This document shows, piece after piece, positions 8,882 to 17,629 of a stretch of DNA of 64,000 nucleotides. The stretch is from a candidate division FCPU426 bacterium (GTDB lineage: Bacteria; Oederibacteriota; Muellerivitia; Muellerivitales; Muellerivitaceae), in NCBI GenBank assembly GCA_003152075.1, contig PLZG01000054.1, positions 21,067 to 85,066 of the forward strand, written 5' to 3'. A program made the position numbers and the translations under genes. The stretch's first letter is position 1. Every line of letters begins with the position of its first letter. The notes under the pieces were generated by a model. The model was not told where the DNA came from, did no database searches, and saw only the letters and a list, made by a program, of their open reading frames with translations.

Positions 8882-11183
8882 GAGGGGCTGTCCTTCTACC
8901 TCTTAATTGAAAAACAACGTAAGCGACCACTGAAAGGCACCAGGCTATCATGCCCCAAAGGAGAGGGGTTAGCCAAGCGGGAACGTAGCGGAATTCCACT
9001 TGATGGTCGCCGGCGGGAACAAATAGAGTCCGGAAGACGTGGTTGCCCGTGAGGATTTCGGCGGGGTTCCCATCCACCCAGGCCTTCCAGCCGGGAAAGA
9101 CATTCTCGGAAACGGTCACCAGGCTATTGGCGTCCAGTTGAACCTTGAAAAGCTGGTCGTCCACCTCGTCCCTGGAAATCTCATACTTGAGTTGGGCTTG
9201 TTTCCCCGAAAGCTGGGAAGTGATATTTGCTGGAAGGGGTTCGTTGAAAACGATCTGTTGGGCCGGGTTGAATTCAGGTTTGGCCATGGCTTCCAAATCC
9301 TTGCCGGGGTCTGGAATGACCTGGACCTGGGAAGGGGCGTGGAGGTACTCGATGGGATCGAGGGGCTGGTAAAAATGCACCGAGCCGGATACCTGATGGG
9401 AAAACATCTTCGAAAGTTCGGGCGTTTTCTGAAGGGGCTGTTGGAAAAGGAAACCCCGAATGGCCATTAACTGCTGGTAATTCTTAAAGGGGACCTTTTT
9501 GATTTCCATGGCTTTTTTCAGGACGATGGGGTTGTAACCCTCGTTCATCCGGATGCCGAAAACCATGGGGGCGTCCGCCGGAAAGGCCCCCGCAAAAGTT
9601 GAGGAACCCATCTTGACCGGGTAACTCAGGTTTGAATCGAAGTAATAACGGGAGCCTTTTGTTTGCGTTTTTAAAGTGGAAAACATGGGGAAGTTGGATT
9701 CCAGGTCGAAATTGGAAGCGGGACCCAGGCTATAGCCGCTCCATCCCCTTAAGAGCAGGGGCAGGAGGAGGGCGACCTGGAAAAACAGTTTGCCCAAAGG
9801 TTTCCACGATTCCGTCAAACCCCATAAAGCCAAACCGGCCCCGCCTAGGAAGAGGGCCAGCATTTCCGGCCAGGTTTGTCCCGGGTTGGCCAGGCATACC
9901 ACAAACAAGAGGAGGGCGAAGCCGCAGCCGGTCAGGACCAGGCCGGAATGACGACCTTTTTCCTGGAAGAACCTTTCCAGGGTTTGGTACCCGTAGGCCG
10001 ACAAGACCGAGCCGAACAGCACGTAAGCCAGGACATAGCGGAAGGGAGCCCGGCTTAAGTTGATGCCCGGCAGGATCGCGCAAAAAATCCGGTGCAGGGG
10101 AAAATACCTTCCCCAAGCGGTCAAAATGGCTAAAACCCCGAACCCCAATAAAAAATAAAGAAACTTTTTATCCTTCCGCTTAAAGGCCAGGAAGAAAAGG
10201 AAAGGTATCCAAACCCCTAAGTAACCCTCGGCCCCTAGGAAATCATTGTCCATGTTTTTCTGGTCGGTAATGCTTTGGATAGCGGATTCCATGGTGCCTC
10301 CCGAGGGAATCCCCAGGGCGGGAAAAAGGAACTCATAGGTGGTAAAAGGAACCATGGAAAAGGTCCCGGTGAAATTCTCGTAGGTTTGGGCAGGATCCCG
10401 GCGGTTGGACAGCTGGGAAAACTCGTTGGCTGGAATCAGCTGGGTCAGTAGGGGAAGCCCGCCCCAAAGTCCAAAAAGCAAAACGATCAGGAGTTTTTTC
10501 CAGAGGAAACGGTTTATGGTTTGGACGGTGGATGTCGAAGTTTCTTCCTCCCTTGTCCATAGCCGGAAGAGAAAATAAACCAATGAAGTGTATAAAACGC
10601 AGAGCGTGGTTTGGAAAGAACCCCCGCAAAAGACTACCGCGAAGCAAAGGCCTGAGAGAAAGCCCCAGCCTGGCGTCAATTTCTTGGAAAGATTTTCCAG
10701 GCAAGCCATCATCCAGGGAAAGAAGGCGAAAACCGCCAGGATAGGCGGATGGATGGTTTCCCACCAGAAGACGCCGCAACAAGCGAAGGTGAGGGCGCCC
10801 AGGCGGGCGGAATTTTCCGAAAGCCTCAGGGATTTCAGCCAGAAATACATACCCATGGCGGCTAAGGCCATGTGCAGGAACATGAAAAAACCCAGGTTGT
10901 AGGGGGTGGGGAAAAGCAGGGTCAGATAGTTCAAGGGATAACACATCATGGCGTCGGGGTCGGCGAAGAAGGGTTCGCCCCCGAAAAAGTAGGGGTTCCA
11001 AAGGGGGAAGTGGCCCGCGAAGAGCTGATCCCGCAGGAAAGTCCTCCAATGTCCATGGGAACTCATAAGGTCATTGGCGAAATAGGATTGGTTCAGGGCC
11101 AAACAGGGAAAGAAAGCCACGAAGGAGAAGGCCAGGAACAGCAGGCAGGCGTAGAGGGGCTTGAAAGCTGGCTTTTCCTCCAT
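8859..11183 (-). CDS. YfhO-family membrane protein (paralog of the adjacent gene)
   Basis: GHFPLWNPYFFGGEPFFAD, RAPFRY, EGYNPI, FPGWKAWVDG. Confidence 0.9.
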   Translation of the reverse strand: MEEKPAFKPLYACLLFLAFSFVAFFPCLALNQSYFANDLMSSHGHWRTFLRDQLFAGHFPLWNPYFFGGEPFFADPDAMMCYPLNYLTLLFPTPYNLGFFMFLHMALAAMGMYFWLKSLRLSENSARLGALTFACCGVFWWETIHPPILAVFAFFPWMMACLENLSKKLTPGWGFLSGLCFAVVFCGGSFQTTLCVLYTSLVYFLFRLWTREEETSTSTVQTINRFLWKKLLIVLLFGLWGGLPLLTQLIPANEFSQLSNRRDPAQTYENFTGTFSMVPFTTYEFLFPALGIPSGGTMESAIQSITDQKNMDNDFLGAEGYLGVWIPFLFFLAFKRKDKKFLYFLLGFGVLAILTAWGRYFPLHRIFCAILPGINLSRAPFRYVLAYVLFGSVLSAYGYQTLERFFQEKGRHSGLVLTGCGFALLLFVVCLANPGQTWPEMLALFLGGAGLALWGLTESWKPLGKLFFQVALLLPLLLRGWSGYSLGPASNFDLESNFPMFSTLKTQTKGSRYYFDSNLSYPVKMGSSTFAGAFPADAPMVFGIRMNEGYNPIVLKKAMEIKKVPFKNYQQLMAIRGFLFQQPLQKTPELSKMFSHQVSGSVHFYQPLDPIEYLHAPSQVQVIPDPGKDLEAMAKPEFNPAQQIVFNEPLPANITSQLSGKQAQLKYEISRDEVDDQLFKVQLDANSLVTVSENVFPGWKAWVDGNPAEILTGNHVFRTLFVPAGDHQVEFRYVPAWLTPLLWGMIAWCLSVVAYVVFQLRGRRTAPLAPAQTN

Positions 11184-12215
11184 TTACTTTTTCCCCGCGC
11201 GGACCGAAATAAATTTAAATTTGTTCCCACCCTTTTGAACCTTGTAAACCTGGACTTCCAAGGGGGGCTGGGGGATGGAAGTGAAGAAACCGGCGCTGAG
11301 GCCCAAACCGTAAAGGGAATGCCGTAGGAAAATGAGGATCGGTACCTTGAAGGCGTCCATGAAACGGCGGTGGTAGGAGGCGGCAGAAATGCCCGTGCCG
11401 ACAGCTCCCAAAAGGAAAAGGGCCAGGGGTATCCAACCGAGGGATTTGAGAAGGGATAAAAAAGGTTGCCAAGCTGGTCCCACCGTGACCACCCAGGGCA
11501 GGGGCAGTGAGAGCAGGTAAAGCACGAAGAAGAGCGGGGCCAGGTGGATGATGTCGGAGAGGCAGGGGTAGACCTTCATTTGCCGGGCACGGCCACGGCC
11601 ATAGCGGAAGGCCTGCCAACAGAAGGCGCCCAGAGACTTGCGGCGTGAGCGGAAAACCGCGCCCCGGGGATCGTAAACCAGCCGGAAGCCCTTGTGGAGC
11701 AGGCGGTTCAAAAACTCATTTTCCTCGTTGGGGTAAAGGTCGGTCCGGAACCCCCCCTCACTCAGGAAAGTGTCCCGGCGTACCATCATGTTGCAGAGGA
11801 TCAGGTCCTTCTCGGTAGCTTCCTTTACTGAGCCGATAGAAGCGTAACGGAAGCGCACGCTGAAACTGCCCATCCAGGAGGCCAGCACGGCATTGACCGT
11901 CTTTTCGAAAGAGATGGCATCGGGCGGCACCAGGTTGGGCCCACCCGCCACTGCGGTACGGCGGTCCTCGAAATGGGAAAGCAGGTCGGTAACCGTGCCT
12001 TCGGCTACTTGGCTGTCATCGTCCAGGAAATAAACCAGGGGAGTGGAACAACTTTTCACTCCCGCGTTTCTCTGGTTGGAAGGGTTTTTACCCACGCAGA
12101 CGAAAATCTCCCGCGTGCGTTCGCCCGCTCCCATTTTTTGGAGGGCTGGCAGGGCGCCAATCGGCCGGTCCAACCGGTCGATGACGATGACGACGCTATA
12201 GCTTGGTTTTTTCAT
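11184..12215 (-). CDS. Glycosyltransferase family 2 with C-terminal TM helices
   Basis: QRNAGV, YFLDDDS, GGF...YPNEENE, YG.GR; ATG chosen at 12215. Confidence 0.9.
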   Translation of the reverse strand: MKKPSYSVVIVIDRLDRPIGALPALQKMGAGERTREIFVCVGKNPSNQRNAGVKSCSTPLVYFLDDDSQVAEGTVTDLLSHFEDRRTAVAGGPNLVPPDAISFEKTVNAVLASWMGSFSVRFRYASIGSVKEATEKDLILCNMMVRRDTFLSEGGFRTDLYPNEENEFLNRLLHKGFRLVYDPRGAVFRSRRKSLGAFCWQAFRYGRGRARQMKVYPCLSDIIHLAPLFFVLYLLSLPLPWVVTVGPAWQPFLSLLKSLGWIPLALFLLGAVGTGISAASYHRRFMDAFKVPILIFLRHSLYGLGLSAGFFTSIPQPPLEVQVYKVQKGGNKFKFISVRAGKK

Positions 12216-13176
12216 GGGGATGCTTGAAGACTGAGAGGAGTTGGGTGGCGGCCGGGATACCGGCAAGGGAAACGAAGAGGGGCCCGACGATGACGATCAA
12301 TAGGGAAAAGGCCATCAGGGATTCCTTCGGAAGTTGGTCGGATGTAAAAAGTAAGAACATGGCGGCTTCCCTCGTTCCAAAGCCCATAATCGAAATGGGA
12401 AGCAATTCTACCATGATCATCACCGGGGCGAGTAAGGCGAATTTGAAAAAGCCCAGGGGCAGCCCCAGGGCCATGGCGCAAAAGTAGGCCCTCAAGATGG
12501 CGGTTTCCCAGGCTAAAAAGGAAAGGACGAAGGGGCCGAATATCCGGAAAGAAGGGATCAGTAGGGTGTGGAGCTTGTCGTAAAATTCCTTTCCATGGTG
12601 GGAAAGCTGTTCCCCCAATTTTTTGGACAGGAGCCCCATCACCAGGGGTTTCAAGAGGTATTTCATCCAGCGTGGGTTAAGAAAGATAAGAACCAGGAAC
12701 ATGCCCGCAAGCATCCCCAGGATGGCGGCCAGGGCAGGTCCCTGTTGCTGGGACCCCACCAGGAAGGAAATGAAGCCGATGATGGCCAGAACCAGGACGG
12801 CCGCCAGGTCGTAAATGCGGTCTGCCGCGTGAACCGCGAGGGCGGTTGGCATGGGCAAGCGGCAGAGACGGTTTAACAGGATGATGCGGGTAACATCCCC
12901 CAGCTTACCGGGCGTGACGGCGGCCAGGGGCTGGCCGGAAAGGAAGGCCCAAGCCGCGTTTTTGAGGGAGATATAGGAAGAAGCCCGGGCCACGAAGGAT
13001 TTCAAGCGCTGGGATTTAAAGAAGATCTCGGGGGCGGCGAAAAGAAAGGCTGGAAGGAACCAGCGGAAGTCCACCATCCTCAGGGTTTCCCAGGAAGCCC
13101 GAAGGTTCAACCTGCTGAGGATGAGCAGGAGGAGGGCAGGGCCGAAAAGGAAAGAAAAGGATTTCAGGTAACGCAA
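12196..13176 (-). CDS. Lysylphosphatidylglycerol-synthase TM/UPF0104 flippase-like protein
   Basis: VTPGKLGDV.R, DRIYD, LPISIMGFGTREAA. Confidence 0.85.
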   Translation of the reverse strand: MRYLKSFSFLFGPALLLLILSRLNLRASWETLRMVDFRWFLPAFLFAAPEIFFKSQRLKSFVARASSYISLKNAAWAFLSGQPLAAVTPGKLGDVTRIILLNRLCRLPMPTALAVHAADRIYDLAAVLVLAIIGFISFLVGSQQQGPALAAILGMLAGMFLVLIFLNPRWMKYLLKPLVMGLLSKKLGEQLSHHGKEFYDKLHTLLIPSFRIFGPFVLSFLAWETAILRAYFCAMALGLPLGFFKFALLAPVMIMVELLPISIMGFGTREAAMFLLFTSDQLPKESLMAFSLLIVIVGPLFVSLAGIPAATQLLSVFKHPHEKTKL

Positions 13177-14264
13177 AGCTGTCGCAGCCTTTCTTCCAGG
13201 TCTTGAATACAGCGGGTCCAGTCCAATGTTTTTACCAGCAAAGCCGCTTCCCGTGGGGATTTTCTGGCCTTGAGGGCCCGTAAAACCGCCTTTGAGAAGG
13301 CGGCGGGGTTGGGCGGCGAGGGGAAAAGAGCTTTTTTAAAGAGGATTGTTTCGCCCACGTCCGCCGCCACCACCCGGCATCCGCAGGCGATGGCTTCCCG
13401 CAGTTTCATGGAGGCTCGGTATTGGTTCACCGAGCTGTCCTTGTAATAAACCAGGGCTGCGTCGGATAGTTTGAGGCAGGCCGCCACCTGCCGGGGTGTG
13501 AGGTAACCGGTGAAGTGGACAGCAGGCGCGATTCCCATATCCAAGGCCAGGCGCTTGAAGCGTCCCTCGTCAGGACCACCTCCGGCCACCAAAAGCTGAA
13601 CACCGGGAAGGGAGCGTTGGATCAACTTGAAGGATTCCATCAGGGGTTCCAGGTCGCAGGCCACGCTCAAGTGGGCGGTGAAGGTCAGGATGGGTCCCTT
13701 GCCATTGCGGTTTTTAAGAGCTGCTCCCGCGCGGGGAAGATCGTCCATCTTTAAGGGGCCTGGGTGGAAAAGGCCTCCGTCCACGCCTTGGGGAAGACAA
13801 ACCAGTTTTTTTGCCGGAACCTTGAAGACCTTTTGCAGCGGTTCCCGTAGGTGGGGATTGTGGTAGGTCACCAAGTCTGCCCACTTAGGCCAGGGTTCTT
13901 GGAGCCACTTGTGGAGCGCCCGAAACCAGCCGTGGCTGTAATCGTAATCCAGGTCATCCACGTCAATGGTTACCTTCGCACCTTTGCACTTTTGCACAAA
14001 GAGGCCGGGAACAACCGTAGGGTATGGTTTTATAGCGATAGCGACATCTGATTTAACCCATAAGGAAATCCAAAAATAGTAAAAGGCCGATAATACCATG
14101 TCGAACCAGAGGGGAAGGCTGGGAATGGGTTTGATGAAGTGAACTTGGTGACCTCTTTTCTCGAAGGCCTCAGCGATATAACGGGCTCGCAGGGCGCAGC
14201 CCGTTCCTCCGCCTTTAGCGGAAAGAACAAGGATTATCAAGGATTTGGGGGTGGTTGGCTTCAT
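13164..14264 (-). CDS. Glycosyltransferase family 4
   Basis: GG...RA N-terminus, VAGGGPD, FTGY, MKLREAIACG..VVA.DVG. Confidence 0.88.
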   Translation of the reverse strand: MKPTTPKSLIILVLSAKGGGTGCALRARYIAEAFEKRGHQVHFIKPIPSLPLWFDMVLSAFYYFWISLWVKSDVAIAIKPYPTVVPGLFVQKCKGAKVTIDVDDLDYDYSHGWFRALHKWLQEPWPKWADLVTYHNPHLREPLQKVFKVPAKKLVCLPQGVDGGLFHPGPLKMDDLPRAGAALKNRNGKGPILTFTAHLSVACDLEPLMESFKLIQRSLPGVQLLVAGGGPDEGRFKRLALDMGIAPAVHFTGYLTPRQVAACLKLSDAALVYYKDSSVNQYRASMKLREAIACGCRVVAADVGETILFKKALFPSPPNPAAFSKAVLRALKARKSPREAALLVKTLDWTRCIQDLEERLRQLCVT

Positions 14265-14328
14265 AAGTTCTGGAAGATTGTAAAGGCCCGGTGGGGGAGG
14301 AGCTACCTGAAAAACGGATTAAGTGATT

Positions 14329-14406
14329 GTCATTCTGAGGCGCTTTCCGCCGAAGAATCTATGTTTTCCAAACAAAACAAAGATCCTTCGCTTCGCTCAG
14401 GATTAT
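14329..14406. repeat. GTCATTCTGAG...CTCAGGAT palindromic repeat (family D-like)
   Basis: GTCATTCTGAG..GAAGAATCT..AGATCCTTCG..CTCAGGATTAT. Confidence 0.7.
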
Positions 14407-14425
14407 GTATTAAGCGTTTAAGAAC

Positions 14426-14458
14426 AAAAAAAGCCCGGGGCTTGGGGCCCCGGGCTTA
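14426..14458 (-). terminator. Intrinsic terminator after the lipoprotein gene
   Basis: AAGCCCGGGGC..GCCCCGGGCTT hairpin; the A-run on + is a U-tail on -. Confidence 0.85.
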
Positions 14459-14499
14459 TCAATTTGGCTTAGCTTAACGGCGCGTAGGCGCCCTAAGAC

Positions 14500-15999
14500 T
14501 TAAGGACAGGTCGTGGCGATGAAATTATCCACGTGCAAGGTGTTGGTCGTCACGATGTTGTAACTGCGGATTCCCGCGCCCCCGGTAGCGTAGAGGGGGG
14601 TCGTGAGGGGGTCAGGCACGCTGCTGAAGATTTGCGTGGTCGCACCATCCATCAGGCCGTCCCCCGATTCGGTCGTCACCCAACCGTTGAAACTGTTGCC
14701 CGAAGCGGTGGCTTTCAAGTGCACCCAGGTACCCAGGGTGTAGGGATTGGAGCTGTTGGTGCCGGGGTAGTAGTAAGTCCCCACCCCAGTTTGTTTCTCG
14801 ATCTCCCAGCGGCTGTTCAAGCCGTTCCACTGGAAGATATAGGCGTAGTAGGAGGCCGGGGTCGAGCGTAAAACCACCCCGAAAACGCCCTGGGCGACGG
14901 TATCCAGCTTGAAGTCGCCTTCCACCCTATAGTCCCCTAAGCTTTGAGAGAAATTGGCGTTGTTGACGATGTCATAGGAATAGGTGATGCCGGGATTGTG
15001 CTGGAACTCACCTCCGGTTACGCTCCAGCCCAAAGCCGCGGCGGTCGTGGGTGTCCAGGCCCCGTCGTAGTAGTCGTAGTTGCCGACGGTGTTGGAACTA
15101 TAATTATCCGAGTAAGTGGTGCCGGAGCAAGTGGGCGTGGGGGAGGGCGTCGCGGTCACCGCGCAGTTATAAGCCGTGAAATTTTTCACGTGCAGGGTGT
15201 TGGTCGACACGATGTTGTAACTGCGGATTCCCGCAGCTCCCGTCGAATAGGGTGTCGTGGTCCCCGGGTCAGTCACGTTGGTGAAAATCTGCACCGTCGG
15301 CCCACCGGCGGGGGTAATCCAAGCGTTCATCAGATTTCCCGGGCCAGCTGTCACTTTCAAGTGTACCCAAGTTCCCAGCGTGTAAGGCGAACTGGAATTG
15401 TTGCCGGGGTAATAATAGGTTCCTACAGCATACTGTTTCTCGATCTCCCAACGGCTGTTCAAGCCGTTCCATTGGAAGATATAGGCGTCGGGTGACCCTT
15501 GGGTGGCCCGGAACACGAGGCCGAATACGCCTTGCGCAACGGTGTCGAGTTTGAAATCGCCTTCCACCGAGTAATCACCCAGGGATTGACTGAACAGGGA
15601 GTTGGTCACCAGCTCGTAGGAATAGGTGATACCGGGGTTTTGTTGAAACTCCCCTCCGGTAACACTCCAGCCAAGCGCCGCGGCTGAGGACGGAGACCAG
15701 GCACCGTCGTAATAAACGTAATTGGCGAGGCTTAAGGAACTTCCGTAGCTGTCCGTAAACGAAGCGCAACCCGGTGTGGAGGTGCTGGTGGCGGTAGCCG
15801 AACCCGTGGGGGTTGAGGTGGGCGGTGTTTGGGTCGGCGAATGCGTGGTCGTTCCACCGGGTACAACGGTTGAGGTGTTTGCTGGCGTGGGGGTAGAAAA
15901 AACAGGGGGAAGGGTGATGCCCGTTGTTCCACAAGCGAAGGGACCTACCATCAAGATCAAACAAAGACTGGCGAAAAGAAAGGCTGAATATCGATTCAT
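14500..15999 (-). CDS. Lipoprotein with Thr/Pro linker and two tandem ConA/DUF1080-like beta-sandwich domains
   Basis: Lipobox PFAC, T/P stalk, ~200-aa internal duplication (SLGDY.VEGDFKL..QGVFG..YIFQWNGLNSRWEIEKQ..GTWVHLK..GAGIRSYN). Confidence 0.85.
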   Translation of the reverse strand: MNRYSAFLFASLCLILMVGPFACGTTGITLPPVFSTPTPANTSTVVPGGTTTHSPTQTPPTSTPTGSATATSTSTPGCASFTDSYGSSLSLANYVYYDGAWSPSSAAALGWSVTGGEFQQNPGITYSYELVTNSLFSQSLGDYSVEGDFKLDTVAQGVFGLVFRATQGSPDAYIFQWNGLNSRWEIEKQYAVGTYYYPGNNSSSPYTLGTWVHLKVTAGPGNLMNAWITPAGGPTVQIFTNVTDPGTTTPYSTGAAGIRSYNIVSTNTLHVKNFTAYNCAVTATPSPTPTCSGTTYSDNYSSNTVGNYDYYDGAWTPTTAAALGWSVTGGEFQHNPGITYSYDIVNNANFSQSLGDYRVEGDFKLDTVAQGVFGVVLRSTPASYYAYIFQWNGLNSRWEIEKQTGVGTYYYPGTNSSNPYTLGTWVHLKATASGNSFNGWVTTESGDGLMDGATTQIFSSVPDPLTTPLYATGGAGIRSYNIVTTNTLHVDNFIATTCP

Positions 16000-16056
16000 A
16001 TTACTCTCCCGAAATTTAAATAAACAACCACAGGCTTTTCAAATTGACCTGTACTA

Positions 16057-16085
16057 AATAATGTTTCTCAGGAGGCTATTATTCC
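16057..16085 (-). promoter_or_regulatory. Putative ECF promoter, module 1 (GGAATAA-N15-CATTATT)
   Basis: Exact motif on the - strand upstream of the 15999 start; 4 copies in module 1. Confidence 0.8.
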
Positions 16086-16134
16086 ATGAAATTTGAAGAA
16101 AATGGGGGCGATAAAGCCCATAAAAACATGGGTT

Positions 16135-16929
16135 TTAGGGACAGCCCGGGGTCTTCACGGAGAAATTGTCCAGGTGCAGAATGTTGCCGCCCAGGATGTT
16201 ATAGGCTCGGATACCCGCGCCTCCTGCGGTATAGGGAGCCGTGGTTCCGGGATCGCTCACTCCGTTAAAGATGGTCACCGTCGCGCCCAACCCAACGCCG
16301 GGACTTGTTTCAGGGGTCTCATAGCAGTTGAAATTGTTCCCCGATATCACCGCCTTCAAATGCACCCAAGTCCCAAGCGTGTAGGGAGAACCAGAATTCG
16401 TGCCAGGATAATAATAAGTGCCAACCCCGATTTGTTTTTCGATCTCCCAACGATTATTAAGCCCGTTCCATTGGAAAATATAGGCATGAAAGGAGGCCGG
16501 TGTCGCGCGACTGATCACCCCGAACACCCCCTGGCCCACCGTGCCAAGGTTAAAGTCGCCCTCAACCGTGTAATCTCCCAACGATTGGTTGAAAGTGGAG
16601 TTGTTGACGATGGCGTAAGAATAGGTAATGGTGCTAGGCGACCCCACTTGGAATTCCCCGGAAGTAATCTGAATGGACAGGGCCGCGGGGGTGGCAGCGG
16701 TCCAGGACTGATCATAGGTGTCATAGTTGGCCAGGGTGTTACTGCCGTAAGAATCCGTGTAGATGTAACAGGTTGGCGTGGCCGTAGGCGCGTTGGAATT
16801 GGGTAGATTCACAGGGCAGTTTTTCAAGGTGCAGTCGAGGGAAAGAACGGTCAAAAACAGGGACAAGAGGGGAAGGCCCCAGGCTAAAGTTCGCTTCAAT
16901 TTCCTCTCCAGGACATACTTTTGTCTCAT
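16135..16929 (-). CDS. Probable lipoprotein with a single copy of the same beta-sandwich domain
   Basis: Hydrophobic N-region ending in Cys; QSLGDYTVEGDF..QGVFG..YIFQWNGLNNRWEIEKQ matches the neighbouring gene. Confidence 0.85.
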   Translation of the reverse strand: MRQKYVLERKLKRTLAWGLPLLSLFLTVLSLDCTLKNCPVNLPNSNAPTATPTCYIYTDSYGSNTLANYDTYDQSWTAATPAALSIQITSGEFQVGSPSTITYSYAIVNNSTFNQSLGDYTVEGDFNLGTVGQGVFGVISRATPASFHAYIFQWNGLNNRWEIEKQIGVGTYYYPGTNSGSPYTLGTWVHLKAVISGNNFNCYETPETSPGVGLGATVTIFNGVSDPGTTAPYTAGGAGIRAYNILGGNILHLDNFSVKTPGCP

Positions 16930-16932
16930 GTA

Positions 16933-16961
16933 TATGATGTTTTTGAAAGACGTTTTATTCC
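16933..16961 (-). promoter_or_regulatory. Putative ECF promoter, module 1 (GGAATAA-N15-CATCATA), probably giving a leaderless mRNA
   Basis: Motif ends 3 nt before the ATG at 16929. Confidence 0.75.
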
Positions 16962-17076
16962 GAAAAAACCTAATTAAACTATTGGCACGGTCGAATTAAG
17001 TCTTTACCGCCCACATCCTAGTATGTTTTAATCAAGCCGACAAATTTTTTTAAAGAAAAATATTGGACATCAAACT

Positions 17077-17433
17077 ATGAAAAAAGCCATCCTTTTCCTC
17101 TATTTACTGGCGGTGATCGCTCCTTTTGGGGCCAATGCCCTCGACATACCCGACTCGGGAACTTCCTATTCCTACCCACTCCCGGCCAAGGCCGGTGGCT
17201 TGGTCAATATTGTTTACACCATGGCTAGTTCGGGGACGGTCCAGGTCCTGGCTTACAACGAATCAAGTGACTTGGTGATGAATTTCACAGATCTCAAAAC
17301 CGCCGGATTACAATCCAGTCAAGTGGACCTCTGTTGCCTGGCCCCTGGAATATATCTTTATTTGGTGATGATCAACTACGATTCGGGCAGTAAGGAAAAA
17401 CTGAAGCCCGCCAAATTCGTGGTTGTCCGCTAG
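17077..17433 (+). CDS. Stand-alone T9SS-CTD-like Ig domain with signal peptide
   Basis: Signal peptide (ANA-L), SYSYPLPA, YNESSDLV, APGIYLY, KFVVVR; aligns by eye with the C-terminus of the 50765-53461 product. Confidence 0.85.
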   Translation: MKKAILFLYLLAVIAPFGANALDIPDSGTSYSYPLPAKAGGLVNIVYTMASSGTVQVLAYNESSDLVMNFTDLKTAGLQSSQVDLCCLAPGIYLYLVMINYDSGSKEKLKPAKFVVVR

Positions 17434-17509
17434 CGGACAACCCATGTTTACCTTGAAAACAAAATCCACCTGGAAGGAGTTCACTAAAAGTTATTTTATG
17501 AACCCAAAA

Positions 17510-17598
17510 CCCTCGCCCCTTGCGGGAGAGGGTAGGGTGATGGGTGTGGAAAAACCGATTGTTGCAACCCTCCCCCCAACACACTTCCCTCGAGGGAG
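17510..17598. repeat. CCCTCGCCCCTTGCGGGAGAGGGTAGGGTGA repeat (family A) plus a degenerate inverted copy
   Basis: Same ~35-nt unit at 20766, 27521, 30313 and 57552-57645. Confidence 0.8.
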
Positions 17599-17629
17599 AA
17601 ATTGTAAAGCTATTAAAAGCATTGACGAA

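Noticed and set aside
14500..16929. Near-identical repeats as a DGR template/variable pair
   Set aside because: All copies are coding, the differences inspected are not adenine-specific, and no reverse transcriptase is in the window
16982..16998. Sigma-54 promoter (TTGGCACG)
   Set aside because: No TTGC at the -12 position
17423..17629. N-terminal extensions called by the ORF track (also 41614, 40037, 60734, 39024)
   Set aside because: They run through intergenic repeats or the neighbouring gene; better downstream starts exist
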